64,000 nucleotides of DNA, taken from the human T2T-CHM13v2.0 reference genome, Homo sapiens. The notes beneath the pieces were generated by a model. That model saw only the letters and a program-made list of their open reading frames with translations, was not told the origin of the DNA and did not search any database. Shown one piece after another: positions 51,721-64,000 of this stretch; position 1 is the stretch's first letter; every line of letters begins with the position of its first letter. Made by a program: the position numbers and the translations under genes. Location: the NCBI RefSeq assembly GCF_009914755.1, contig NC_060930.1; one strand, 5' to 3'.

Positions 51721-53333
51721 AATAATAATAATAATTAAATTAGAATGTGGACTAGATTAGTTCCCTGCAGAATTAGCAACCAAAAGGTAATTATTTCTGA
51801 AATTCAAGATGAAATCTTATCAGTCAACAAATGTAATAGAATTGAGTACAGCAAAACTTAAGCAATATGTTAGTGAAATAGACATAATCCATTCAACTGA
51901 TTTCTACTTAACTATAGTGTTTATAGTAGCACTTTTTGGTCTTATACATTTTATTTTGATAGTTTTTTTTCCATGACTCAGATTGCTTTTCCTTGGAATG
52001 AGGGGAGATGTTCATCATTTAAACATTAGTTATCAGACTTCAACTGCAGAGTATTTCTGATTGAGTCTTACCTGAACTGCTCCTGGGTTAGAATTTTTAA
52101 AAAAATAAAACCTGACATTTGGTTACTTTAGTTTGATTTGTCCTTTTCTTTTAAAATGTAGTATAATAGATGCTGGGCATATGATGGGGCAAGGAAATAC
52201 ATCAGCTGATTATTGGTTTCTGGTTACTTGGAGTAATCATGTCTGTCGTAAAGGGGAGTGTTTAGGACATTAAAGGCATGTTGAATGTACCTCTTGGATG
52301 GAAACTTTCTTCTAATTCCTCCAGTTTTGGCTAACAAGGGGTCATCTTGTTGAACTAGCAATTCAATTTCAATGCTTTTGAAAATGTTCATTTTTGTTTG
52401 TTTTTAGAAACTGGAGAAGAAAATATTTTTGTGAGAAGGTCTTGCCTGAAGTCAAATTTGATGTAATTCTTATACAAGCTTAGTAAATACAGGCAAGACA
52501 GACAGAAACCTAGTTTTATTTGTTTGTTTAATAGCAATCTACCAAAGCTTGTAGATATTCCTGGAGCAGATGCCTCAAAATCTGTAATTATAATTCAGAC
52601 TAGTGTTTAGGGATTTTTTTTTGAATTAACATTAACATCTTTCTCCGATAAGGATAAGTGTCCATTAGAATATGATGTTTTCTGCAGGCTGTTCTTACTT
52701 CCAGCCAAGAAGCTTTATACAATATTTACATTCACCCTTGTTCTTGTAATCACACCTTTCCTTGAAGCCATTAGCAGTATTAAGGAAATGATTCCTTCGT
52801 TCAGAATTTGTCTTCCAGCTAACTCCGAAATTGTTACCACAGAATAGACCACATTCTCTCCCCTCCATGATCAGTACATTTAGATCTAAGAATTTAAAGC
52901 CTGAGAAATGTTAAATGCTACACCAAATAAACAGAATCCTCAATTTAGAAACTCTTAATTGTCTGTACTAATGGAGGTTTGCATAACCTAGATAAATCGA
53001 AGCCAGGGGAAACTTGCAGCTTCTCTCAGCATCTGATTTTAACTCTCAATTTCTCATCTTTCTCTCTTCCCTTAAGCTAGATCTCAACAGTTGAAAATGA
53101 GCAGCAGAATTCAACTGTTTTGACCTTCTCTGTCTTCCTTTCTTTCATCATCTTTCTGAGTTGAGAGTGAAAACGAAGTAGTGTAGCTACTTTGGCAAAA
53201 CAGGGTATAGTTGTTTCATACAATTCATATTTCAATACTGGATACTGGAGATTTCCTCATTTGCTTTATCTCAGCATAAAACAATTTTCTAGTTATATTA
53301 TGGTATAGCCCATTGATCAATAACACTGATCTG

Positions 53334-53334
53334 C

Positions 53335-53369
<35 letters not shown>

Positions 53370-53378
53370 TGTGTATGT

Positions 53379-53417
<39 letters not shown>
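53334..53417. repeat. Compound (CT)n(GT)n microsatellite
   Basis: Directly visible, with two interruptions in the GT run. Confidence 0.98.
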
Positions 53418-53418
<1 letters not shown>

Positions 53419-54049
53419 TTGCTTTCGATATTTTGTTTGGTCAGAGAAAGAGGGCAGTACACATAGTGGGCTAGTGAACATTCTGTACTTAGCTCCAAGT
53501 GCCTTATCCAAACAACACAATAACATTTCAGTTCCATAATAGTTAGCAGAAATCATTATCTGTTATTACTCAAGAAAATGATGAATTGTTTTGATGCCTC
53601 ATTCATAGCCATCCAAACAAATATTTATATTGCACTATTTACATCATAAGGCAATAGGTGGTATATTGGATTGATTTTTCTGTCTTAATAGTGGAATATT
53701 CTTGCCAAGATGAACCAAGAAAATTATCCTGAAATAGCTGATCTATAGTGTGTTATTAAAGGCTACTGAGGTGGTTACTGTAAAGTCCCTATGAATAAAT
53801 TTATGTTTTTCAGGACTCTTCAGATATTTTAAGTCATTCTCAAGTTTGTGGACAAAGATATTTATTCTTATAGTGATAAGTACGTGCATTCATTTTTGTC
53901 TCTGGGCCATTTTCTGGTGACGTATGCTAGGTCATTTACAAATAAATGGGAATATCTTAGCAAGCAATATGTTAATAAATACAATCCAAGCTCTAATGGA
54001 ATCGGCTACATTTATAAAACACTGAAGGTGTACCTGTCATTGATCTATA

Positions 54050-54250
54050 AATAATTTAACTGTGTTAACTTATTTTGTCCTCAGAATAGCTCTATGAGGT
54101 AGGTATTAATATTAGACATATTTTACAGATGATAAAACTAAGGCAGCAGATAGTTTCATGTTGTCCTCCATGTCTGCAGAAGCTATGCAGCCCGGATACA
54201 AATCAGAGTGGATATAGAGTTTACTCCCTTTATTATGCTATGTTATCTCT
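54050..54250 (-). mobile_element. MIR
   Basis: ctctatgaggtaggtattaatattagacatattttacagatgataaaactaaggcag. Confidence 0.8.
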
Positions 54251-54589
54251 CAGTGTGAGTACTATGGGGCTTACATTCTATTGTGGTAATAATAAAAGAT
54301 AAGAAAACCAGTAAGAAGATAAATAGATGTTTAAAGGGAAAACAATTCTGATTATGATCCTTTTGAATGTTTCTAACTTTCAGATAATTAGAACTAGAAA
54401 AAACAATGACCATTTGAAGGGAAAAGATTTAAGTACTATATTGTACAGCATAGGAAGAAAAACCAAGTAATCTCAGGATGCTTGCTGTGATTTGATGAGA
54501 TGTTTCTCTATTTCAGACCCTTGAAAGGGGGAGTTCTGTCTATCTGAGGATGGATGAGTGTATTTTATCCCTTCCTCTGCTTTATATCA

Positions 54590-55640
54590 TGTTACATTGG
54601 CTAGTTTCTCAGGATATGGAAACTTTGTGAATAAAGGTAATTTTCTTCTCCATCATTATGTAACTACACCACAGGAAACAGAGTTTTCTGGGTCATCTCA
54701 GCAAGGGAAAAGACATCAAGCTCTTCTATAGTGTAGCTTAGAAGCAACATATGTCACTCCCACCTACATGCCATTGGCCAACCCTACGTGTATGGTCCTG
54801 TCTCACTCCAAAAGGACTAAAGTAACTGGGACATCAGAGGGCATTTTTTGGTGAGGACCACTGTTTCTGTAAAAGTCCATTTTTCTTGTCATTAAATATC
54901 CCTTTGCTCCATTCTAAACTTATAACACACTCCGTCCTCTCCAAGGGATTCTCATCAACCCCAAGTCAACCCAGTTGGCATTCTGAGCTCAAAGTCAAGG
55001 ACATCTGGGTGATGTGCGTTGTTTTCTGCAGCAAATTTGGAAGTGGCATCTCTAAGTCTAGAAACTAATAAACCCCAAAGAGTTGTCTGCCCATTGGGTA
55101 GTGAACACTGTAAAGTGACAGTACAAGGACTAGATCCACAGGAAACATTACAATGTGGGAAGAGGAAGAATGAGTGTCACAAAATAGTCATGGTACTTAA
55201 TATTTTTCAGATCCCATTGAACTAGGTAATGTGAGGACTTGTTACTCTGGGAATAGGGATTGTTCCTTAAATGCAACCTAATTGTGCTCACTTGTCTATG
55301 TTCTTAATGGTTGCTGGTTCTACTGCAGGAATATTGTTTCTTTTCTGTTATCCTCCTTGACCGCATCTGAAATAAACATTGGGGGAAATGACCTAATTGG
55401 GAGCTGAGCAGCTTTCCCAATTCACTTTCTATTGCATGAAGGTTAAATCTGGAGCAGATATAGAACTTTCTAGTCCAGACTTGTGTTTTGTTTGGCAGGT
55501 CAGTTTTTTCAAAGTTATAATGTTTGTTTTATTTATGATTCCAGTCCATTCCATGTGCTAATAACAATCCTACAATACTTTCCTAACCATAATTCTCAGA
55601 TCATTTCTAGTCTGCATTTCTGCCTCTGTATCTGTCTCTC
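54590..55640 (-). mobile_element. Old MLT1 LTR plus MLT1-internal remnant
   Basis: catatgtcactcccacctacatgccattggccaa (MLT1 LTR motif) followed by MaLR-int-like sequence. Confidence 0.45.
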
Positions 55641-55704
55641 TTGATATAAAGAGCATTACCTTGACAGTGTCAAGCTTTCTCTTAATCATGTTTTGCCCTG
55701 AGCT

Positions 55705-55940
55705 AAAAATTTCAAAAACAGGCAAAAATAATCTACGGTATTAAAAATCAAGACAGTGGTTACCTTGGTGGATGGAGACACAGGGAGCATGAGGGATATT
55801 TCTCAAGTGCAGGAAACATTATATTTTTTGATCTGGTTACACAAGAGCATTTACTTTGTGAAAATTAATCAGGCTATATATGATTGGTACACTTGTATAT
55901 GTACATGTTATATGTCAATAAAAAAAATTTACTTTAAAAA
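55705..55940 (+). mobile_element. L1ME 3' end remnant
   Basis: aaaaacaggcaaaaataatctacggtattaaaaatcaagacagtggttacctt...tgttatatgtcaataaaaa. Confidence 0.7.
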
Positions 55941-56189
55941 TACCAAATGGAGTTAATCTTTCTATACTGATAGGCTAGCTAATTCAGACCACTCTTAACT
56001 TAGAACAACTTCAGTAGTAGACAAAAACAAGTAAATACACATGTCCTTTTGAAGAACATAGGTAACAAGAAAATGAAGAATTGCAGATCAATATCCGGGA
56101 GAAAAGCAAAAAAACCCAGAGAGTTGGGTGTAACATCTGGATAGATTTTCCAGTAAAGATATCTGTTTTTTCCTAAATAAACAACAGAA

Positions 56190-56418
56190 GATGAGAAGAT
56201 CTCCCAGAGAGTTCTCTCCCTTCTGCTGCTGTATAAGAGCTCAATCAAGATGGCCAGGCTGTCTGTGAACCAGGAAACAGGCCCCCACCAGACACTGAAT
56301 CTGCCAGCTCCTTGATTTTGGACTTTTCAGCCCCAAGAACTGTAAAAAATAAATTTATGTTGTTTGTAAGCCACCCATTCTTTGGTGTTCTGTTATGATA
56401 GCTCTAACCGAAAAGACA
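56190..56418 (+). mobile_element. MaLR LTR 3' half (MLT1A/MST-like)
   Basis: accagacactgaatctgccagctccttgattttggacttttcagccccaagaactgtaaaaaataaatttatgttgtttgtaagccaccc...aagaca. Confidence 0.8.
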
Positions 56419-57164
56419 CTCACACTGAACTAATTGTCTACAACAGGTAAAGTGAATCCTCTCTGAGGAAATTTAAGACTATGTGGAGCCTTAAGTTATC
56501 TACGATTTTTTTCATGTGCAATGTCTATCACTTTTAAATAAAAGCATAAAAGGAGACCAAATTTTATTCTTCAAAATGAAAAGAAACAACAGACTATATA
56601 AAAGAATCTATAGAAAATCCAAGTAATTATCAGAAACAGACTTTAAATTAACCCTGAAAACACCGAGTGCTGAAAAAGACCTGGAGCAGTGGGATCTCGG
56701 GTGCAATTTCATCTCACTGATAGGTGTTAAAATGGAAACAATCACCTTGGAAAACAACTTGGCACTATTTTATAGAATTGAGCATTAATACTCCCTTTAA
56801 CTCAATGATTTAATTGCTTACTATAATACCCAAGAGAAATTCAGTCAGAAGACAATCTAGGATTTGTAGGGTATGAAACTTGTGTAATAATGAGAATACA
56901 AATGAATAAAATAAATATAAAATTATAAATTCAAATTAGGTGCAATTCTTTGTAAAGAATTTATTCAAGTGGGATATCTGAAACTTAATCTTCATGAACT
57001 TTACATGAACTTGACGTTAACATACTATAGCCTGTTAAAAGACATTAGCAGAGAAAGAATTGATAAAACAAAAGGAAATTAAACCAGTGCTATGTAACAT
57101 GGGGTAACAAGGACAAAGCAGGAGGATCCAAAGAATCAGTAAATGATGGTTTTTAAATGAAAAA

Positions 57165-58243
57165 ATGATCTGCGTAGGTATACATACAGTGCAATAAACT
57201 GCACATATCTTTTATATATACTATGGGTTCTGACGTATGTATACATGTGTGAAAGCATCACCCCAATCAAGATAGTGAATATATCCATTATCCCCCCATA
57301 TTTCCCTCATACAGTTTTTAATCCTTCACTCTCACCATGCCCCCTCCCACATCCTCCTCCAGGAAACCACTGAGCAACATTATTTCACTATATATTGGAT
57401 TGCATTTTCTAGAATTTTTAATAAATAGAATCTTAGAATGTGTACCGCATTTTTATCTGGCTTCTTTTTCTCAATGCTTTTGTTTTGAAATTTATGCATG
57501 TGATTGGGTATATCAGTAGTTTATTTCTTTCTATTGCCGAGTAATATTTTATTATATGTATAAACCACAGATGGTAGATTCACTTTCCTTTTGATGGGAA
57601 TTTTGGTTGTTTCCAGTTTGTGATCATTACTGATAAAGCCCTTATAAACATCTGTGTAAAAGTTATAACCTTGACTGGGAAAAATTGGTCACAAAAGGGA
57701 GGTGAGGTGCAGATCCCAACTACACTGGAAGGGGAATGGTCCTTTTACCTGCTTCATTGGAGTTTTAGAAGGGACAGTTGAGATGCCAGGATTAGATATA
57801 TGCCTTCATTTCTCTTGGGGAAATACCTAAGAATGGAACAACTATGACTGATTGTTGGTGTATGTTTAAGTTTTTAAGACACTTCCAAATTGTTTCCAAG
57901 GTGATTTTAACCTTTTGGAATTCCCAAAAATAATGCATGAGAGTTCTAAGTGGTTCAACTTTATCCCAACACTTTGAATTCTCAGTTTGTTTAATTTTAG
58001 CTATTTTAATAGGGCATAGTGATATCTCATTATAGTGGTTTTAATTTGCATTTCCCTAATGACTGATAATATTGAACACTTTTTCATGTGCTTATTTGAC
58101 ATCTATATATCTTTTTGGTGACATGTCTGTTCATATATTTTGCCTATTTTTAAATTTTATTTTTTAAATTTTCAGGTTTGTGAGTTATTTATATATATTC
58201 TGGATATAGGATTTTTATCTGATCTTATTTGCAAATATTTCTG
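57165..58243 (-). mobile_element. Old L1 (L1MC/MD-like) 3' region
   Basis: ggttttaatttgcatttccctaatgactgataatattgaacactttttcatgtgcttatttg, ttgtttccagtttg, atttgcaaatatttc. Confidence 0.85.
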
Positions 58244-58319
58244 CTCTCACAAAGTTTACAACCTGTGCAGCAAGAGTTGTAGTATCCTCAAGAAGAATGC
58301 TTGTAGCAAGATACTATAA

Positions 58320-58644
<325 letters not shown>

Positions 58645-59344
58645 CGTATCTCTGCTTTCTTAAGGTACAAGGATCTTCTCACGGAATGAGCAAGGCAGGA
58701 TCCTGACCACTTATTCTTTGATGTTCAACACTATTACTGATGAACTAAGGCAACCCAGATTGAGGAGCTTCTGGAAAAGACAGTGGTGGTCTCCATGTGC
58801 ATCCCATTGCTAAAAAAAGGGAAGGTGGAACTGGTGACTTTGGCAAGGAGCATAAGTTGAGTGAGCTTCACCCTGAAGAAATGAGTATCTTCTCTTACTT
58901 CCCAAGAAACTACATGGAGCTGCACAGGGAAGGTCTTGCACAGAACTGTCAGGTGGCTTGGGTTTCCTCAGGTTCTCCAGCAATTCCTTTAGCAATTGGT
59001 GTTATGGCTGATCTCAGAATTTTCAAGGGCAAAACCATGGGCCCACTTAAAGAGTAACCAAGGACATTGATGACAGAAACCAGGTGAAGTAGGGAGAGCT
59101 ACCTAGCAGTCAACGGTGGCAAAGAAACAAACCTGAGTTCTTGCTCTCGTCCAGCAAATAGAAGCAGGGAACATCAAAAAGGTCTAATTTAATGGATCAC
59201 TTTATGCAGACACAGGAGTCCTGGGAATACTTGGATAGAAGAAAGCTGGGGAATGTTATATTTCTGGCCGTGTTGGCCTTGGCATTGCTTGGAATATCCA
59301 TTGCATATAGATGTGCGTTTGAATGAAAAAGTCTATAGCAACAT

Positions 59345-59455
59345 ATGCCTGTGGGATTTAAAATCCAGGTTCTGCCATGTAATAATCATACGTCCATGGG
59401 GAAATCACTAAGTTTGTCTGTGTCCTAGTTCACCCACATGGAAAGGTTGGATATT
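59345..59455 (+). mobile_element. MIR remnant
   Basis: aaatccaggttctgccatgtaat...catggggaaatcactaagtttgtctgtgtcctagtt. Confidence 0.5.
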
Positions 59456-59494
59456 TCTGTGAGATGAAGAAACCCATCTAAGTATGTGTGTGAA

Positions 59495-59662
59495 TACATA
59501 TATATGTTCCTTAAGCAATCAGTGATATATATATCTTAAGCAATCGGTGATTCCTTAAGCAATCAGTGATATATATATATCTGATTTATATATATATATA
59601 TCTGATTTTTATATATATATGTGTATGTGTGTGTGTGTATATATATATGAGAGAGAGAGAGA
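59495..59662. repeat. Complex low-complexity tract: three copies of CTTAAGCAATC(A/G)GTGAT plus (TA)n/(TG)n/(GA)n
   Basis: 17-bp units at 59510, 59535 and 59554. Confidence 0.9.
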
Positions 59663-59674
59663 TTTTAACACTGA

Positions 59675-59995
<321 letters not shown>

Positions 59996-60963
59996 AAAAT
60001 ACTTATTTTCATCTGTGATCTATTATATATTTTCCAAATCTCTAATAATGGGAGCATAAAATAAGTGAGTGAGAATATTAGTGAGGGGAATACATTATCA
60101 TCATGATAGTCTGCTTACTTTAGTTACTATTTCTGAGGGTATATATTGTGTGGAGTGATCAAATGTAACCTCTCAAATACTGGGTTATGCCCTCAATTTT
60201 AAAGACAAACCTGCCAGAAAGTACTGATCTTAGCATATCATATTCAATCATGATAAAAGGAGGAAAGTCTTAAGAGCTCACACCTCCACAATCAAGGAAA
60301 ATTTAGCTCCTGTTAGTGCAAATTAGGAAACACTCCTGGCAAGTAGCCCATACAGCCTGTCAATCAGTAAAGTGAGGTTGGGTGCTTACTTCTTAAACAA
60401 TTCAAGTATCAGTTCCAAACTGTGGTTCTCTCAGTTTCAGTAATCCACACTTTCCCCATTACGTTTAATGTTTGGAGTTGGTGCTGTTGCTACTGCCACT
60501 GCTGCTCTGCACCACTCCAGTTGATTTGAAACAGAAGCAGAAGCCCTTTATGATGTAAGGCCACTTAATGATTAATTAGTACTTCTCTCATGCAGCACAT
60601 TAGGAGGAGGCTGTTGCTAGAATCATGATTAACTTCAGAGCTGCAGATGTTGGAACAGTTACCTCGTGGTAATGCTATGTTGCCAATTGATATGTTTAGG
60701 TATCTTCGTGTTTGGTGGTTTAATTGCATTGCCAGAACATATTTGCTTCCTTTTATCCTTAAAACAACATCATCATGGAAATCTGATAGATGCCTATGAA
60801 AAAAATAGATGTAAACACATTCAACATAAATGTACCAGAGTGCCAGTGTTATTTATATTCATGTTTATTTATATATTCATGTATTTTTCAAACTTCTGCT
60901 AGAAATCCATTTGTGAAATCTATTTGAAAATGCAAGACATATGCAAATATATTATATTTCTGA

Positions 60964-60965
<2 letters not shown>

Positions 60966-61007
<42 letters not shown>
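60966..61007. repeat. (TG)n microsatellite
   Basis: About 21 perfect units. Confidence 0.98.
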
Positions 61008-61010
<3 letters not shown>

Positions 61011-61879
61011 ACCGTATTTCAAATGTATAGATAAAATAAGAAATCAAGGCAAGGTTAAAATCTTACAGCCAAAATAGCTCAGAATAGCTGAAAACAGGCT
61101 GGTTATAACCATAAAGACCTCTCTTCACTCTGTCCTTAAAATATTTCTTTCAGTATGGTCTCAAACATTGGGGTTGCTGTAGACACAAATTCTAATAACC
61201 CATGTGATATTGAAAATCTGACATAGTGAAGATATATTGCAATGCATATGGCTTGAGGGAATAGGTCAGTCAGAGGTTAGCTCATATGTATAGACTTTTA
61301 AAAAATATGGTTCTTTATTTTCCACCTAGCTTTAGTCACTGCATTATTTCCTAAGTTTGAATACTTGCTTAGGATAGTATTACTAAATTTAGTGCAGTGT
61401 GTATGTGACTTCTTGCATTTCAGTCAATGCAAAGATAAATTTTGTTCTTAATGCATAAGTATTTTCCCTTCATTGTTTTTGCAAACAGTGAGAGAATAAG
61501 ATGCTTGATAATATCAATTAGCTTTATCTTTGTTGTTGATATTGCTATAAACCATTGTTGATGGTATGAGATTCTCTTAGATGATGGATTGCAGGGATAT
61601 ACCATGAAAATGAAGCTCTGGAGGCAACTTTGTTGAATTATAGCAGAATCCTGTTAAAGCACAATGATTCAGATATACCCAAATTCCCAGAGGTGTGAGG
61701 AATAAATAACTTTGAAAGCCATACAATATTACGTAAACCTAATGTGGTATTTTTCTTACCGTCGTTACTGTTATTTGTTTTTATTTTTATTACATTGATT
61801 TTCCCTTATAAAAGCATGTGTCTAGAACCATAGTTAATATGTCTAAATTTCTATTGGCCTTTTTTAGAATATCATCTTA

Positions 61880-62477
61880 AAATAATCATAGAGAATGTGT
61901 TTTTCAGAGACTGGCTTCTTTCACTTGGAATGATGCATTTGAGACTTATCCATGATGTTGCTGTGTGAATCACCTGTTCATTTCTGTTTCATTGTTGAGT
62001 AGTATTTATTCTTTGACTGTACCACACTTCATCCATTTGCCAGTTGAGGGATATTTGGGCTGTTTCCAGCTTTGACAATTACAATTAAAGCCACTGTAAA
62101 CAACTGCATTCAGGTTTTTTAGTGCACTTGGGTAATACCTAGGGGTCAGATTGTTGAGTTGTAAGGTAAGCATATGCTTAATTTTATAAGAAGCTGCCAA
62201 AATATTTTCCAAAGTAACTATAATTTTTCATAGCCACCAGGAATGTGTTTCTTATCCTACTCAGTATTTATTACTGATGTTTCTTTGATTTTAGCCATTC
62301 TAACAGTTGGGTGGTATTATCTGGTTGTGGTTTTAATTTGTATTAGCCTAATGAAGTAAAATGTGGAGCACCTTTATGTGCATATTTGCCATTTTTATGT
62401 ACTGTTCATTGGTGAAGTGTCTATAAATTTTTTACCCATTTTTAAATTGGATTTTTTAAACAATTGAGTTTTGAGAG

Positions 62478-62528
<51 letters not shown>

Positions 62529-62735
62529 TATATGTATATATCCTGGATATAGAACTTTTATCTGTCTCATTTGAAAATATGTTTTCCAGTGTGTGGATTG
62601 CCTGTTAATTCTCTTACTTACCAATGTCTTTCAAAGAACAGAGGTACTTAGTTTTTAACAAAGATCATTTATTCTGTTTGTTCTTGTATAAATCATGTTT
62701 TTGGGTTTGTATCTCAATCATTTTTGTCTAAATCA
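61880..62735 (-). mobile_element. Old L1 (L1MB/MC-like) 3' region, with (TA)n at ~62481-62518
   Basis: ctggcttctttcacttgg, gttgtggttttaatttgtattagcctaatg, aagctgccaaaatattttccaaagt. Confidence 0.85.
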
Positions 62736-62739
62736 TGGT

Positions 62740-64000
62740 TGATATAGTTTGGCTGTGTCCCCACCCAAATCTCATCTTAAATTCCCATATATTGTGGGAG
62801 GGACCTGGTGGGAGGTTACACCTGCTGGTTTTAAAAACAGGAGTTTCTCTACACAGGCTCTCTCTTTGCCTGCTGCCATCCACGTAAAACATGACTTGCT
62901 CCTCCTTGCCTTCTGCCATGACTGTGAGGCCTCCCCAGCCACATGGAACTGTAAGTCCATTAAATCTCTCTTTCTTTTGTAAATTGCCCAGTCTCAGGTA
63001 TGTCTTTATCAGCGGCATGAAAACAGAGTAATACAGAAACTTGGTACCAGTAGAGTGGGGGGGGGGGGGGGGTGTTGTTGAAAAGATACCCCAAAATAAG
63101 GAAGTGACTTTGGAACTGGGTAACAGTTCCAAAGAGTTGGAACAGTTTGGAGGGCTCAGAAGAAGACAAGGAAATGTGGGAAAGTCTGGAACTCTCTAGA
63201 GACTTGTTGAATAGCTTTGACCAAAATGCTGATAATGATATGGACAATAAAATCCAGGCTGAGGTGGTCTCAGATGGATATGAGGAACTTGTTGGGAACT
63301 AAAGCAAAGGTGACTCTTGTTATGTTTTAGCAAAGGGACTGGTGGCATTTTACCCCTTCCCTAGAGATTTGTGGAAAACTTTGAACTTGAGAAAGATGAT
63401 GTAGGGTATTTGATGGAAAAAATTTCTAAGCAGCAAAACATTCACTTCAAAAAATTTGAAGTGACTTGGGTGCTGTTAAAGGCATTCAGTTTCAAAACAA
63501 AACTAGTGCATAAAAGTTTGGAAAATTTGCAGCCTAACAATGCAATAGAAAAGAAAATCCCATTTTCTGAGGAGAAATTCAAGCCAGCTGCAGACATTTG
63601 CGTAAGTAACAAGGAGCTGAATGTTAATCACCGAAGACAATGGGGAAAATGTCTCCAGGGCATGTCAGAGACCTTTGTGGCAGTCCCTCCCATCATAGGC
63701 CTGGAGGCCTAGGAGGAAAACGTGATTTTGCGGGCCTGGCCTAAGGTCCTCGTGCTGTGTGCAGCCTAGAGACTTGGTGCACTGCATCCCTGCTGCTGCA
63801 GCCATGGCTGAAAGGGGCCAGTGTAGAGCTCAGGCCATGGCTTCAGATGGGGCAAGGCTCAAGCAGCTTTCGTGTGGTACTGAGGCTGCGAGTGCACAGA
63901 TATCAAGAATTGAGGTTTGGGAACCTCTGCCTAGATTTCAGAAGATGTATGGAAATGCCTGGATGCCCAGGCAGAAGTTTACTGTAGGGGTGGGGCCCTC
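62740..64000 (+). mobile_element. THE1A element: 5' LTR 62740-63035 plus THE1-int, cut off by the window edge
   Basis: TGATATAGTTTGGCTGTGTCCCCACCCAAATCTCATCTT...GCCATCCACGTAA...TAATACA, then ACTTGGTACCAGTAGAGTGGGG and MaLR internal sequence. Confidence 0.93.

Noticed and set aside
53298-53556. His/Thr- or Cys/Val-repeat ORFs, also at 14184-14384 and 62442-62624
   Set aside because: Translations of dinucleotide microsatellites.
58248-58318. HKVYNLCS resembles the PTEN/TPTE YNLC motif, and GGTGDFGK (~58825) resembles a Rossmann glycine motif
   Set aside because: The surrounding residues do not extend either similarity, and the matches are too short to support a family call.
59510-59570. Three direct repeats with spacers, CRISPR-like at a glance
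   Set aside because: 17-bp units with 2-8 nt low-complexity spacers, no cas genes, primate DNA. It is a slippage repeat.

Overview
This is AT-rich primate (human-like) genomic DNA, identified by Alu, L1PA, THE1, HSMAR2 and HERV elements. I recognise no host protein-coding exon, RNA gene or CRISPR array, and almost all listed ORFs are repeat-derived or chance frames. The window is dominated by transposon fossils. The central structure is a ~15.4 kb minus-strand, env-less ERV1 provirus (LTR9B/HUERS-P3-like, tRNA-Pro PBS, ~25755-41155) with two later insertions. The first is a complete 6.7 kb HERV-L (MLT2A-type LTRs, perfect GAGAC TSD) inside its reverse transcriptase. The second is a 5'-truncated L1PA inside gag. 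That L1 insertion creates the most interesting object here, a complete-looking chimeric mini-gene: LTR promoter, splice donor, splice acceptor directly before a Kozak-context Gag ATG, a 198-aa open frame fusing a myristoylation-motif Gag N-terminus to the L1 ORF2p C-terminal segment, then a stop and AATAAA. Its expression is unproven. Also present are a near-full-length HSMAR2 mariner, a full-length THE1C/D, a THE1A running off the right edge, several solo LTRs, Alus, MIR/L2/old L1 remnants, microsatellites and a few repeat-poor stretches that may be regulatory. Subfamily names come from my recall of consensus sequences rather than a search, and boundaries of old repeats are approximate.
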